Below the pieces are notes generated by a model that was not told the DNA's origin, ran no database searches, and saw only the letters and a program-made list of their open reading frames with translations. From Nannocystales bacterium (GTDB taxonomy: Bacteria; Myxococcota_A; Polyangia; Nannocystales; Nannocystaceae), in assembly GCA_050633305.1 (NCBI GenBank), contig JBOEGF010000013.1:1-64000 (forward strand): 64,000 nt of DNA, in the 5' to 3' direction. Within the stretch, counting starts at the first letter, position 1. Each line of letters begins with the position of its first letter. The translations under genes and the position numbers were made by a program. Shown piece by piece: positions 19,909-28,611 of this stretch.

Positions 19909-20979
19909 GTGCCTTCCTATTTGCGGCCTCCCCGCTCCCTCGCCCTGCTTCTCGGCCTCTCCTGCGGGAGCCTCTTTTCGGCTGATGCCCACGCCGTGGA
20001 GGTTGTCGTCCCGACCGTGGTGTCGAAGGTTCCGCACGACACAACCGCGTTCACCCAAGGGCTCCTGTTTCACGACGGTTTTCTCTACGAGAGCACCGGT
20101 ATCTGGGGTGATTCCAGCGTCCGGCGCGTTGAGCTGGAGACCGGCGAAGTCCTGTTGCAGCACGACCTTCCGGATGAAGACTTCGGTGAAGGTCTCGCGC
20201 GCGTGGACGACACCCTGTGGCAGCTCACCTGGCAAAATGGCATCGCCTATCGGTACGCGATCGACGATTTCAGCATCATCGACACAGCCGCGTACGAAGG
20301 CGAAGGGTGGGGACTGTGTTTCGACGGTGAGCGCCTGGTGATGAGCGACGGCTCCAACACGCTGTCGTTCCGAGACCCCGAAACCTTCGACTTGCTCGGG
20401 ACCGTCGATGTGACATCCGACGGCGCAGGCCTCGAGGACCTCAACGAGCTCGAATGCGTCGGAGGCGACGTCTATGCAAACGTATGGCACTCAGACTTCG
20501 TCGTGCGCATTGACCCCGAGACGGGGCAGGTCACGGCCGAGATCGACGCTGCTGGACTCCTGACCGAGGAGGAGTACAGCGACGCGGACGTGCTCAACGG
20601 TGTCGCGTACAACCCCGCATCTGGGAACTTCTTCTTCACGGGCAAAGACTGGCCCTGGGTGTTCGAAGTGGATATCGATGGTGTGGACGCCCCCGGGGGC
20701 GGCACCAGCACAGGGGGGGACGATGACTCTGGCTCAACCTCAACCGGCGACGGTGACGGTGAGAGTTCGACCGGAAGCGATGCTCCGCAAGGCTCCAGCT
20801 CCACGGACCCACAAAGTGAACCTTCGAGTTCCGGCGACCCCGCGACAGGGTCGACAGGTGCGGCTGCCGACGGCGACAACTCCAGCGGAGGGGGCTGCTC
20901 TGTGGGCGGGCCGGGCCTACCGTACGCGGCATTCTTTGGCTTGCCCCTGCTCTGCTTTGCCCGCCGCCGGCGGTCCTAG
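19909..20979 (+). CDS. Glutaminyl-peptide cyclotransferase with MYXO-CTERM
   Basis: FTQGL, YESTG, FGEGL, EGWGL, LNELE, VLNGVAY, TGKDWP; C-terminal GGC...LLCFARRRR. Confidence 0.9.
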   Translation: MPSYLRPPRSLALLLGLSCGSLFSADAHAVEVVVPTVVSKVPHDTTAFTQGLLFHDGFLYESTGIWGDSSVRRVELETGEVLLQHDLPDEDFGEGLARVDDTLWQLTWQNGIAYRYAIDDFSIIDTAAYEGEGWGLCFDGERLVMSDGSNTLSFRDPETFDLLGTVDVTSDGAGLEDLNELECVGGDVYANVWHSDFVVRIDPETGQVTAEIDAAGLLTEEEYSDADVLNGVAYNPASGNFFFTGKDWPWVFEVDIDGVDAPGGGTSTGGDDDSGSTSTGDGDGESSTGSDAPQGSSSTDPQSEPSSSGDPATGSTGAAADGDNSSGGGCSVGGPGLPYAAFFGLPLLCFARRRRS

Positions 20980-21036
20980 GGGCGTCCCTCGCAGTTGCGA
21001 AGCCGCTGCGGCGCAACGGCTCCGGCAGTGGGGCGG

Positions 21037-21861
21037 CTACGGCGCGATCGTCTGGTCCGAGTTTTCGCCGCAGGTGACGACTGGACTGCCACCGCAGATC
21101 ACACTCTCAGGGTCGCCTTCGAGACCTTCACCGAAGACGGTGCAAGTCACGATGTGGCCGCTGGGGGTGGGAATCCACTGATTGATGATCTTTGTCTCGG
21201 CGGGGGCGATCTGCACGTCCGGGTAAGCGACGATCGTAGAGTTCAAGCCGAAGCACTCGATCCGCGCGATCGTGCCAGACCGCCCCACGTTCTGCACGGC
21301 CAACGAAGCGGTCTGAGTGCCGGAGTTGTAGTTCATATCCTCGACCACCAAGTCGATGTTTGGCAGGAAGTCGTCCGTGTAGACGTACGCGACCGGCGAG
21401 TTGGGGCTGGTGCAGTTGCTGCTGAAGTCGGCGATATTATCGTTGTCCAGATAACAGCTCACCCAATCTGGACCGAGCGAAAGCAACGAGGAGAAGAACG
21501 TCGCGGGTGCGGTAACATGAACCTTCGCAAAATGACCGAACGAGGGGCCGGGACTCCAAAGGTGGTTCGGGATGGGGAGAGTCTCGCTGTATCGAAACCA
21601 CTCGATCCCATCAAACGTCTGTCCGACGTCGCTGCTCGTCGGGTTTGCGATGGGCACCAACGTACCTGTAGCCGGGTCTTCGACGTTGACCGACACCGTC
21701 ATCTCCGCGTCGAGAATGTAACCTTCGAACTCGATCGGGGTACTGCGATTGGTCACCGTATGACCATCTGTCGGAGACATTGAGCATCCGAGAGCGGTGA
21801 CGGCGAACGCAATGGTCAGATGAGCACATCGCATCAATGCCTTGGGAAGTGGGGCCTGCAT
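21037..21861 (-). CDS. Hypothetical lipoprotein (Ig/CARDB-like beta-sandwich character)
   Basis: ALGC lipobox; DLVVEDM...LAVQNVG motif; several Cys. Confidence 0.7.
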   Translation of the reverse strand: MQAPLPKALMRCAHLTIAFAVTALGCSMSPTDGHTVTNRSTPIEFEGYILDAEMTVSVNVEDPATGTLVPIANPTSSDVGQTFDGIEWFRYSETLPIPNHLWSPGPSFGHFAKVHVTAPATFFSSLLSLGPDWVSCYLDNDNIADFSSNCTSPNSPVAYVYTDDFLPNIDLVVEDMNYNSGTQTASLAVQNVGRSGTIARIECFGLNSTIVAYPDVQIAPAETKIINQWIPTPSGHIVTCTVFGEGLEGDPESVICGGSPVVTCGENSDQTIAP

Positions 21862-22346
21862 GGGGGGTTCTTGTTCCTTTCTCGTAGCCGGCCGTGGAAC
21901 ATCCACGGCGAGCCACCGCGGTAGTACAGGCAAGCGCGAATTCGTTCCCACCGGATCCAGATTCTTTTTTAACGCTGCGCCGAATGGGCGCGCTCCTACG
22001 TGTCAGGGGGCCTCGACATCCGCTGGGCCGGACGCTGGGCCGTCCTTGTGCACGAGCGCCAACGCAAGTCGGAAGAGGGCGGCGCCTCCTGGCAAGAGAG
22101 GGGTTCTCCACAGGTGCTCCCAAGAAGACAACCGACATGACGCATCTTGGCCGTCACGACAAGCTGGCAGGCCGCATCGGATCGGATCGGATCGGCACAC
22201 CGGTCGAACCCGAGGGTCTTGGCAACCCGGACGCCCCCCAAAACCCACGAGGAAACGGGGGCGCCTGGTTTGTTTCGCTGTTGGACGAGCTTCTCCGGAC
22301 CCGCAGATCCGTACCGTCGACACCGCCCGCGAGCGCGCCGCGTGTT

Positions 22347-25217
22347 ATGAGCGTCACCATGCTGCGGCGACTTGCTTCGTTTTCGGCCCTGATGTGCGGA
22401 GCGTGGCTTGCACCGGGGCTTGCGGAGGCGGACTCACTGGACTCGAAGCCCGAACCGTCTGCGATCCTCGGTGGCGATGTCGTCGGCCCCTGCGCTTGGC
22501 CGGCTGCGGTGAGCATGGGGGGATCGTGCACCGGCAGCTTCGTGCATCCGCAGGTGGTCATCTATGCGGCCCATTGCGGCGACGATGTTCCCTACATCCG
22601 TTTCGGGGACACGATCGACGAGACAGCCCGAGAGGTGATCCCGGAGCGTTGCGTCGTGCACCCCACAGGGGCCTGGGGGGTTGGGACCGACTTCGCCTAC
22701 TGCCTGCTCCCCGAGCCCATCGAGGACATCCCGACCGTGCCACCGCTGATGGGTTGCGAGGTCGACCAATATTTGCACGAGGGTCGCGATGTGACCCTCG
22801 TCGGGTTCGGGATCAACGACGATCCCAAAGAGAACTACGGCATCAAGCGTTGGGTGGAAACCCAGATCACGGCGTTCTCGTGGGACGAGGTCTTCATCGG
22901 AGACGAAACCGCTGGAGCATGCAACGGAGACTCCGGCGGGCCTGCGTTGGTTCAGTTGGAGGACGGCTCGTGGCGCGTCTTCGGCATCGCCTCGTGGGGG
23001 CAGGGAGGCTGCGGGATCGGGACGTACTACTCCATGATCCACAACGGCCTCACCTGGATCGAAAGCGACACGAATATCGACATCACCCCGTGTCACGACG
23101 GAGACGGACGCTGGAATCCTGGTCCACAGTGCGCCGGACTCCCCAGCGATCCTGCCGCCGCCACCGGATCCTGGGCGGACGGGTGTTCCTTTGGCCCGTC
23201 GATTGCCGAGATCTCGAGCTGCGGAGACCCATTCGACCCCGATTTCGAAGACACCTCCGCGCCAGTGCTCGAGGTGGTGAGCCCCTCGGATGGCGAGCGG
23301 TTCAATCTGGACTTCGGAGAAGACACGGTCACGGTGCCGGTCAGCGTGGAGGTGGACGACGGTGGGGGCTGGGGAGTCTCAACGCTGACGTTGCAGATCC
23401 TCTCTGGCGACAAGGTCGTCGTCGAGACCACCGACCACGCCGCACCCTTCACGTTCGACAACCTCGTGTTTCCCGAGGGGGTTTTCGTGGTGCGGGCCGA
23501 AGGTCGGGATCGGGCCGGAAACGAAGCCGAAGCCCAGGAGGCGATCTTCGGGGTCAACGTCGACCCCCCGGAGCGCCCTGAGGATGCGACGTCCTCCACC
23601 TCACAGGGCGGGGAGACCACCGGCGACGAGGAGAGGCCGACCAGCGGCAGCGAACCTGAATCGGAAGGCTCGTCGGGCACGATGAGCCCGACTGCAACGG
23701 ATGGCGCCTCCGGAAACGGGGCTTCCGACTCCGGCTGCGGATGCGTGGTGGACGACTCCTCCCCGGGGGACGCGTCGTGGCTCGTGCTCCCCCTGTGGGG
23801 CTTCCTGCGTCGCCGTCGTGCCACAGCGGCCGCGATCGTCGCTGCGTCGACCGCCGTCGGGTGCAGCTCCGAGCCCAGCTCGATGACGGGCGACGGGAGC
23901 GAGAGTTCCTCCACTGCGACGACCACGGAGACCTCGACCCAAAGTGGCACCTCCGAGGACTCCTCGACTTCAAGCGGATCGGCGAGCGACGAACGAGCCT
24001 CAACGTCCACAGGCGAGGATGTGGAGCCCGGCTGTGGCGACGGTGTTCTGCAGGAGGGAGAGATCTGCGACGACGGCAACGGCGTAGAAGGCGACGGCTG
24101 CAATCCAGACTGTACACTCTCGGGCGAACCGCTCTGGGAACTCGTGCGAGAGACCGACCGGCGGATCAACGACCTTGCCTTCGGCCCTCGAGGGACACTC
24201 ATCGCGGTCGGATGGTACGACGACGAAGCCGAAAATGCGCAACCGTTCGTCGCCCAATTTACGCCCGATGGCGAGGAAGTGTGGGTTCGTCAACATCCCG
24301 ACCCGGCGTTTCGCTGGTCGACGTACGAGCATGTCTCGATTGGGGATGACGGTGGAATCCACATCGTTGGAACATCCCAGCCAGCAGGCGACGCAGAGCG
24401 TGCTGCGCTTTCCGTGCTGTGCGATGTCGACGGTGAGATCCTTTGGTCGCAGTCGGAGGGCGAGTTCACAGCCCTCGATCAGACGTGGCGCGATGTCCTT
24501 GCGATGAGCGATGGCGGCCATCTCGCCTCAGGCTCCCTAGGCCGCGCGAACGACCCCGACCCCGCCGAGCTCACATTTGCGTTGCGCCGGTACGACGCTG
24601 CAGGAGAGGTCGTCTGGAGCGTCTCCGAAGACGTCGGCCTGGACTATCAGGCATACCCGTACTCGCTGCTGCGTGCACCCACGGGTGACAACGTGGTGGT
24701 CGGGACCCGGGACTATGGGGCGGAAGCCTCGGTGTGGGTGAGCCGCTACGACGACGATGGCGTCGAGCTTTCGACCTTCGAGTTCCGTGAGATCCTGACG
24801 CGATACTTCATGTACACGGCCGCGTTCGATGACGAGGAGAATCTCGTCACATGCGGCCGCCTGCTCCGGGGTAGTGCAGTCGGGCCGGTGTGCATGGCCT
24901 TCTCTTCGGAGGGCGAACTCTTGTGGCGTGCGAAGCTCCCCCAGCCAGGCTTTGGAAACGACGCGGCCAGGCGGGTTGCCATCGACTCCGGCGGGCGGAT
25001 CGCCGTCGCTGGCGAGGCGTTCGATGCTGATCGCGGGTGGCAGGCAATGCTGTGGAAGCTGTCGGCGCAAGGCGAATGGCTGTGGACCCGACAGTACGGG
25101 CAGCTGGCCTCGACGCGCTCGGACTTCGCCACTGCACTCCTCGTCGATGAGGCCGACAATCTCATCGTCGGCGGGGTGGCCGGCGCCGCGTCGTGGCTCA
25201 CGAAGCTGTCGCCCTAG
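22347..25217 (+). CDS. Trypsin-like protease + Ig-like domain + internal MYXO-CTERM, fused to a lipoprotein-like Cys-rich repeat/beta-propeller module
   Basis: ILGG, YAAHC, GDSGGP; DRAGN Ig-like end; GCGC..WLVLPLWGFLRRRR; AVGC; CGDG..E.CDDGN...DGC; repeated G..lW propeller blades. Confidence 0.85.
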   Translation: MSVTMLRRLASFSALMCGAWLAPGLAEADSLDSKPEPSAILGGDVVGPCAWPAAVSMGGSCTGSFVHPQVVIYAAHCGDDVPYIRFGDTIDETAREVIPERCVVHPTGAWGVGTDFAYCLLPEPIEDIPTVPPLMGCEVDQYLHEGRDVTLVGFGINDDPKENYGIKRWVETQITAFSWDEVFIGDETAGACNGDSGGPALVQLEDGSWRVFGIASWGQGGCGIGTYYSMIHNGLTWIESDTNIDITPCHDGDGRWNPGPQCAGLPSDPAAATGSWADGCSFGPSIAEISSCGDPFDPDFEDTSAPVLEVVSPSDGERFNLDFGEDTVTVPVSVEVDDGGGWGVSTLTLQILSGDKVVVETTDHAAPFTFDNLVFPEGVFVVRAEGRDRAGNEAEAQEAIFGVNVDPPERPEDATSSTSQGGETTGDEERPTSGSEPESEGSSGTMSPTATDGASGNGASDSGCGCVVDDSSPGDASWLVLPLWGFLRRRRATAAAIVAASTAVGCSSEPSSMTGDGSESSSTATTTETSTQSGTSEDSSTSSGSASDERASTSTGEDVEPGCGDGVLQEGEICDDGNGVEGDGCNPDCTLSGEPLWELVRETDRRINDLAFGPRGTLIAVGWYDDEAENAQPFVAQFTPDGEEVWVRQHPDPAFRWSTYEHVSIGDDGGIHIVGTSQPAGDAERAALSVLCDVDGEILWSQSEGEFTALDQTWRDVLAMSDGGHLASGSLGRANDPDPAELTFALRRYDAAGEVVWSVSEDVGLDYQAYPYSLLRAPTGDNVVVGTRDYGAEASVWVSRYDDDGVELSTFEFREILTRYFMYTAAFDDEENLVTCGRLLRGSAVGPVCMAFSSEGELLWRAKLPQPGFGNDAARRVAIDSGGRIAVAGEAFDADRGWQAMLWKLSAQGEWLWTRQYGQLASTRSDFATALLVDEADNLIVGGVAGAASWLTKLSP

Positions 25218-25361
25218 AGCGGCGCCCGGTTTGAAACGGCCTGCAGAGTGCGTCGCGGGGCCGTCGAGCGCCGAGCAACGTAGCCAGACGACCGGAGGCG
25301 TGCGTTGCAGGCCGAATTCAAACCGGTTGGCGCTCTACTGTCCTGAGTCCCGGGCGTGGGC

Positions 25362-26132
25362 TCAGACCTTGGAGAACAGGTAGGCCATCTCGCGTGCGAT
25401 CTGCTGACTTCGCTCGTCGTAGGTGGCCGCTTCGTCGACGGTGCCATCGGACATTTTCGGGTCCACGTACGGCAGGGCGATGCGAAGGTCGGAGCCCGCG
25501 ACGAAGGGGCATGCCTTGTCCGCGTCGCTGCAGGTCATCACCGCCACGAATCCTGCCGTGGGGTTGGGAGCGTCCATGTAGCGTTTGGAGAACGCTTGTT
25601 GTGGAGCGAGGGCATCGCCGAGCACCACGGCGTAGCGCGGGTTGTCGCTCTTGGCCGTCTGCGCAGACACCTCGATGCCAAAGCCCGCGCGCTGCAACGC
25701 CGCCACCGCACGGGGGTTGAACGCCGTGGCCTCCGTCCCGCCCGAGAACGTCTCCACACCGTCGAGACCAAAGTACGCCGCTGCTGCCGCGGCCCACAGC
25801 TCGCCCATGTGGCTACGCCGGGAGTTGTGCGTGCAGATGAAGAGGAGCCGCGCAGTCTCACCGGCCGCTCGGCGCTCGGCCACGTGGCGAGCGATGCGGT
25901 CGAGTTGAGCCCGGCGGTCTTCGGAGACATCCGTCGCCTCGCTGACAGCGGCATCGAGCGAGGCTTGCAGCGCGGAGCCAAGCTGAGGCGCTTCGGCTGT
26001 TGCCGCCGCGGAAGCGGCCTCGGGAGTCTCGAGCGTCGCAGGCTCGACGGGAGGAGGCGTCACTTCGGGCGGCGTGCCCCCGCAACCCGCTGAGGCCACA
26101 CCGATCAGGAACACGAGGCAGCGGATACGCAT
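25362..26132 (-). CDS. Low-molecular-weight tyrosine phosphatase / ArsC-like protein with lipoprotein signal
   Basis: FICTHNSRRSH P-loop, SGGTE, MTCSDADKACP, DPK; N-terminal SAGC lipobox. Confidence 0.85.
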   Translation of the reverse strand: MRIRCLVFLIGVASAGCGGTPPEVTPPPVEPATLETPEAASAAATAEAPQLGSALQASLDAAVSEATDVSEDRRAQLDRIARHVAERRAAGETARLLFICTHNSRRSHMGELWAAAAAAYFGLDGVETFSGGTEATAFNPRAVAALQRAGFGIEVSAQTAKSDNPRYAVVLGDALAPQQAFSKRYMDAPNPTAGFVAVMTCSDADKACPFVAGSDLRIALPYVDPKMSDGTVDEAATYDERSQQIAREMAYLFSKV

Positions 26133-26236
26133 ATCGGCGGCATCCTCCCCGACGCTCGGGACACTCACGCAACGCTGATGTCACAACAGATTCTCAACGA
26201 CACGGCGGCCCCCGCCCGCCGACGGGTTCGAGCACG

Positions 26237-26310
26237 GGCACCAGCTCAGAAACGGGAAATCCAGGCGCCAGCTCGGAAACGGGGAGTACAGGCACCAGCT
26301 CGGGAACGGG
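26237..26310 (+). repeat. Three 27-bp-period repeats encoding a T/S/G linker remnant
   Basis: GGC(A/G)CCAGCTC(A/G)G(A/G)AACGGG at 26237, 26264, 26291; reads GTSSETG / GASSETG / GTSSGTG then GEICTDN; no plausible start. Confidence 0.7.
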
Positions 26311-26361
26311 AACGACGGGCGAAATCTGCACGGACAACGATAAGGAAGTGTTGAACAGGGA

Positions 26362-26435
26362 GGTGCACGACGGGACTCGAACCCGCTACGTCGCGTTCAC
26401 AACGCGACCGCCATTCCTTCTGGCTGCCCGTGCAC
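26362..26435 (-). tRNA. tRNA-His(GUG), atypical
   Basis: Acceptor GTGCACG/CGTGCAC + C73; D stem GCCA/TGGC; anticodon arm TCGCG-TTGTGAA-CGCGA; T arm GCGGG-TTCGAGT-CCCGT; extra connector bases, no encoded G-1 or CCA. Confidence 0.75.
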
Positions 26436-26437
26436 AG

Positions 26438-26510
26438 CACCGGCGATGGGAATCGAACCCACGCCTCTCGAGTCAAAGTCGAGCGTCCTAGACCACTGGA
26501 CCACGCCGGA
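26438..26510 (-). tRNA. tRNA-Gln(UUG)
   Basis: TCCGGCG/CGCCGGT (U1:U72 mismatch) + G73; D stem GTCC/GGAC; CTCGA-CTTTGAC-TCGAG; GTGGG-TTCGATT-CCCAT; no CCA. Confidence 0.9.
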
Positions 26511-26511
26511 A

Positions 26512-26583
26512 TAGGGGTGGCGGGAGTCGAACCCGCAGCTTGATGCGTCCAAGGCACCCGTCTCACCCCGAGACTTCACCCCT
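26512..26583 (-). tRNA. tRNA-Pro(UGG), atypical
   Basis: AGGGGTG/CACCCCT + A73; D stem GTCT/AGAC; GGTGC-CTTGGAC-GCATC; GCGGG-TTCGACT-CCCGC; A8, A37, A1-U72; no CCA. Confidence 0.8.
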
Positions 26584-26601
26584 TGAGGAAGTCGTGGGGC
26601 C

Positions 26602-26648
26602 GCGACTCACCGAGTCGCCGAACTCCATGCACATGCGATTGCATGTGC
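26602..26648 (-). promoter_or_regulatory. Two hairpins between the leader ORF and the tRNA array (putative attenuator/processing structure)
   Basis: GCACATGC-AATC-GCATGTGC (26629-26648) and GCGACTC-GGT-GAGTCGC (26602-26618); no U tract. Confidence 0.55.
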
Positions 26649-26657
26649 CGTCTGGAC

Positions 26658-26771
26658 TCAGTGCGCGGCGGGTACTGGGGGTTGTGGTTGCTGGTGATGC
26701 ACCACGGGCTGCTGCTGCTCGACCTGGAGACCCAGGGAGCGCAGAGCGATACCGGTGTCGCGCATGACCAT
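26658..26771 (-). CDS. Putative Gln/Pro/His-rich leader peptide (MV)MRDTGIALRSLGLQVEQQQPVVHHQQPQPPVPAAH
   Basis: In-frame ATGs at 26783, 26771, 26765; 15 of the last 22 codons are Q/P/H; directly upstream of the Pro, Gln and His tRNAs. Confidence 0.7.
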   Translation of the reverse strand: MVMRDTGIALRSLGLQVEQQQPVVHHQQPQPPVPAAH

Positions 26772-27112
26772 GATCGACAACATGACCGCGCCAGCCGGAC
26801 GGCGCCACAAAAAAGTGCGAGCACGTTTGCCCGCCGGTCCCTCAAACCGCGCGGTGGCGTACTCGGCCGACCGGGAGCGGACAATGAGGAAGCACAACGA
26901 CCCCTTCGTCATCGTCGGCCTGCTCGCGCGCTGTCCTTGCGAAGACTGCGAAGGCGACAATCCGGGTGGGACCCCGTCGGGCTGGATCAAGCACGGGGGC
27001 TCGCGGTCGGTGCTGCGCGGACGGAGCGGGTGTGCAACCCTCAGTTCAACCGCGAGACCGGCGTGCGTTCGCAAGCGTCGTTGGCCACGCCTCGCACAAT
27101 GGACCGGTACGC

Positions 27113-27405
27113 GTGACGGCTTGCAGTAGCATCAACATCGCGGCGCTCCTCGCCGGAGAGTTGACGCCCGACGAGCGCAACGTCGCGGAGCATTACCTCG
27201 ACGGCTGCGCGGACTGCCGCAGGATCGCGGTGGCGCTTGCGGTCCCCACGTCTCGCAGCCTTGCACCCCGTCTGTGCGTCGGTGCCCGCGTCGATCAGTA
27301 TGTCGTCGAGGCGTTTCTGGGGGCCGGGGGCATGGGGGCCGTCTACTCGGCGAGAGACGAAGATCTGGGCCGCCGGGTGGCGTTGAAGGTGTTGGATGCA
27401 GAGAT
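27113..27405 (+). pseudogene. Truncated zinc-finger (zf-HC2) Ser/Thr kinase N-terminus
   Basis: EHYLDGCADCR, LGAGGMGAVYSARDEDLGRRVALKVL, then homology is lost; no HRD or DFG. Confidence 0.8.
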
Positions 27406-27612
27406 TGAGTCCACCGGGCTTGTTTCGCCCAGCGTCGATGTGTTCCTCTCATCACGTGTCTTCCTCGGGGCCTCGGCCGATCTCCTACTCAACGCGCCCC
27501 GTCGGATCTGCCGCGAGCAAGGTGATGCCACCACGTGTTCGGACACATCTTCTCGCGCCGCCATCCCCATTCACAACATCGTGTTCGGACTGAGGATCGG
27601 GGGTACGTTCCT

Positions 27613-28611
27613 ATGACCTTCATTCTCAGCGTTCGATGCTTCGTCAGAGGGTCCGCCTCCCCCGCGAAGCGACGTACGCTCACGGCAGTAGGATTTGCCC
27701 TGGCGGCCGTGTCGACCGGCTGTTCTCCTGCCGCGCCAGCACAAAAGATCGCTGACCCGGAGACGCCGAAACCAGTGGAGTCAGCTCCGTGCCCTGACAC
27801 GCCGCGCGACTGTGGACCGGTTCGCGAGGGGATCATGTGTGACGACTGCGGCGCCGACGAAGTCTCGACGCGCGCCCCCGGCCCTGTGGTGGTGCGTTGT
27901 TTGGAGCACGCGCTTCGTTGCGGTCCCGACGCGGAGGAGAAACAGAAATGGGCCACCCAAGGGCCAGGCGCGGTCCCGGCTTGGACGGACCACTTCTACA
28001 TTCGTGCAGCGAGCCTCCTCGGCACGCTGAAGCCAGCGGGTACCGAAGCTCTGTTGCGCTCCCGTGCCTGGGCCCTACCCGCGCGAGCAAGCGAGGCCCG
28101 TGACCGAGCGCTTGGCATTCCCGACCAGTACGCCAGAGAGCGCGTCCCGACCCCAGCCGGCCGTTCTGCGTGTGGTGCACTCCCGCAGGCTCAAAACGTG
28201 ACCGATGCAGCACTCCACTGCTTTCAGTCGCGTGTCAAACCCGCGGTCCTCGACCTGGAGCGGCGGGTCCGGGACCACCACGACGCTGCGAGTGACTACC
28301 CCGAAGGGTTCTACCGCTTCGGCAGCGGGCCCTACGTCCGCGAGACGTACGCCCTCCCCCCTGTCGTAGAGGTCGACCAACGACCGTGGCCCCAGGTCGC
28401 GCGAGCCCTGGAGCAGCTTCCGCCAGATTTGCTGAAGTCCACCACGGCGTTGGGAGCGCTCGAGACGGTGAGTCCGGAACGCGATTGGATCGTGGTGAAC
28501 GTTCGCCTGCGAAGCCCCGAAATGCCCGTCGATGCGGCGACGCACCTGCAGTTCGTGATCGACGAAGAGACGTGGACGACCGTGTTCGTCTTCCGCGTCG
28601 TCAACGGCTGA
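27613..28611 (+). CDS. Hypothetical lipoprotein
   Basis: KRR..hydrophobic..STGC lipobox; long ORF. Confidence 0.65.
   Translation: MTFILSVRCFVRGSASPAKRRTLTAVGFALAAVSTGCSPAAPAQKIADPETPKPVESAPCPDTPRDCGPVREGIMCDDCGADEVSTRAPGPVVVRCLEHALRCGPDAEEKQKWATQGPGAVPAWTDHFYIRAASLLGTLKPAGTEALLRSRAWALPARASEARDRALGIPDQYARERVPTPAGRSACGALPQAQNVTDAALHCFQSRVKPAVLDLERRVRDHHDAASDYPEGFYRFGSGPYVRETYALPPVVEVDQRPWPQVARALEQLPPDLLKSTTALGALETVSPERDWIVVNVRLRSPEMPVDAATHLQFVIDEETWTTVFVFRVVNG

Noticed and set aside
26237..26310. Mini-CRISPR or regulatory iterons downstream of the tRNAs
   Set aside because: The 27-bp period is a multiple of 3 and translates as a typical T/S/G lipoprotein linker, so it is best read as coding debris.
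26362..26583. Prophage or island integration site at the tRNAs
   Set aside because: No integrase, and I saw no duplicated tRNA 3' end elsewhere in the window.
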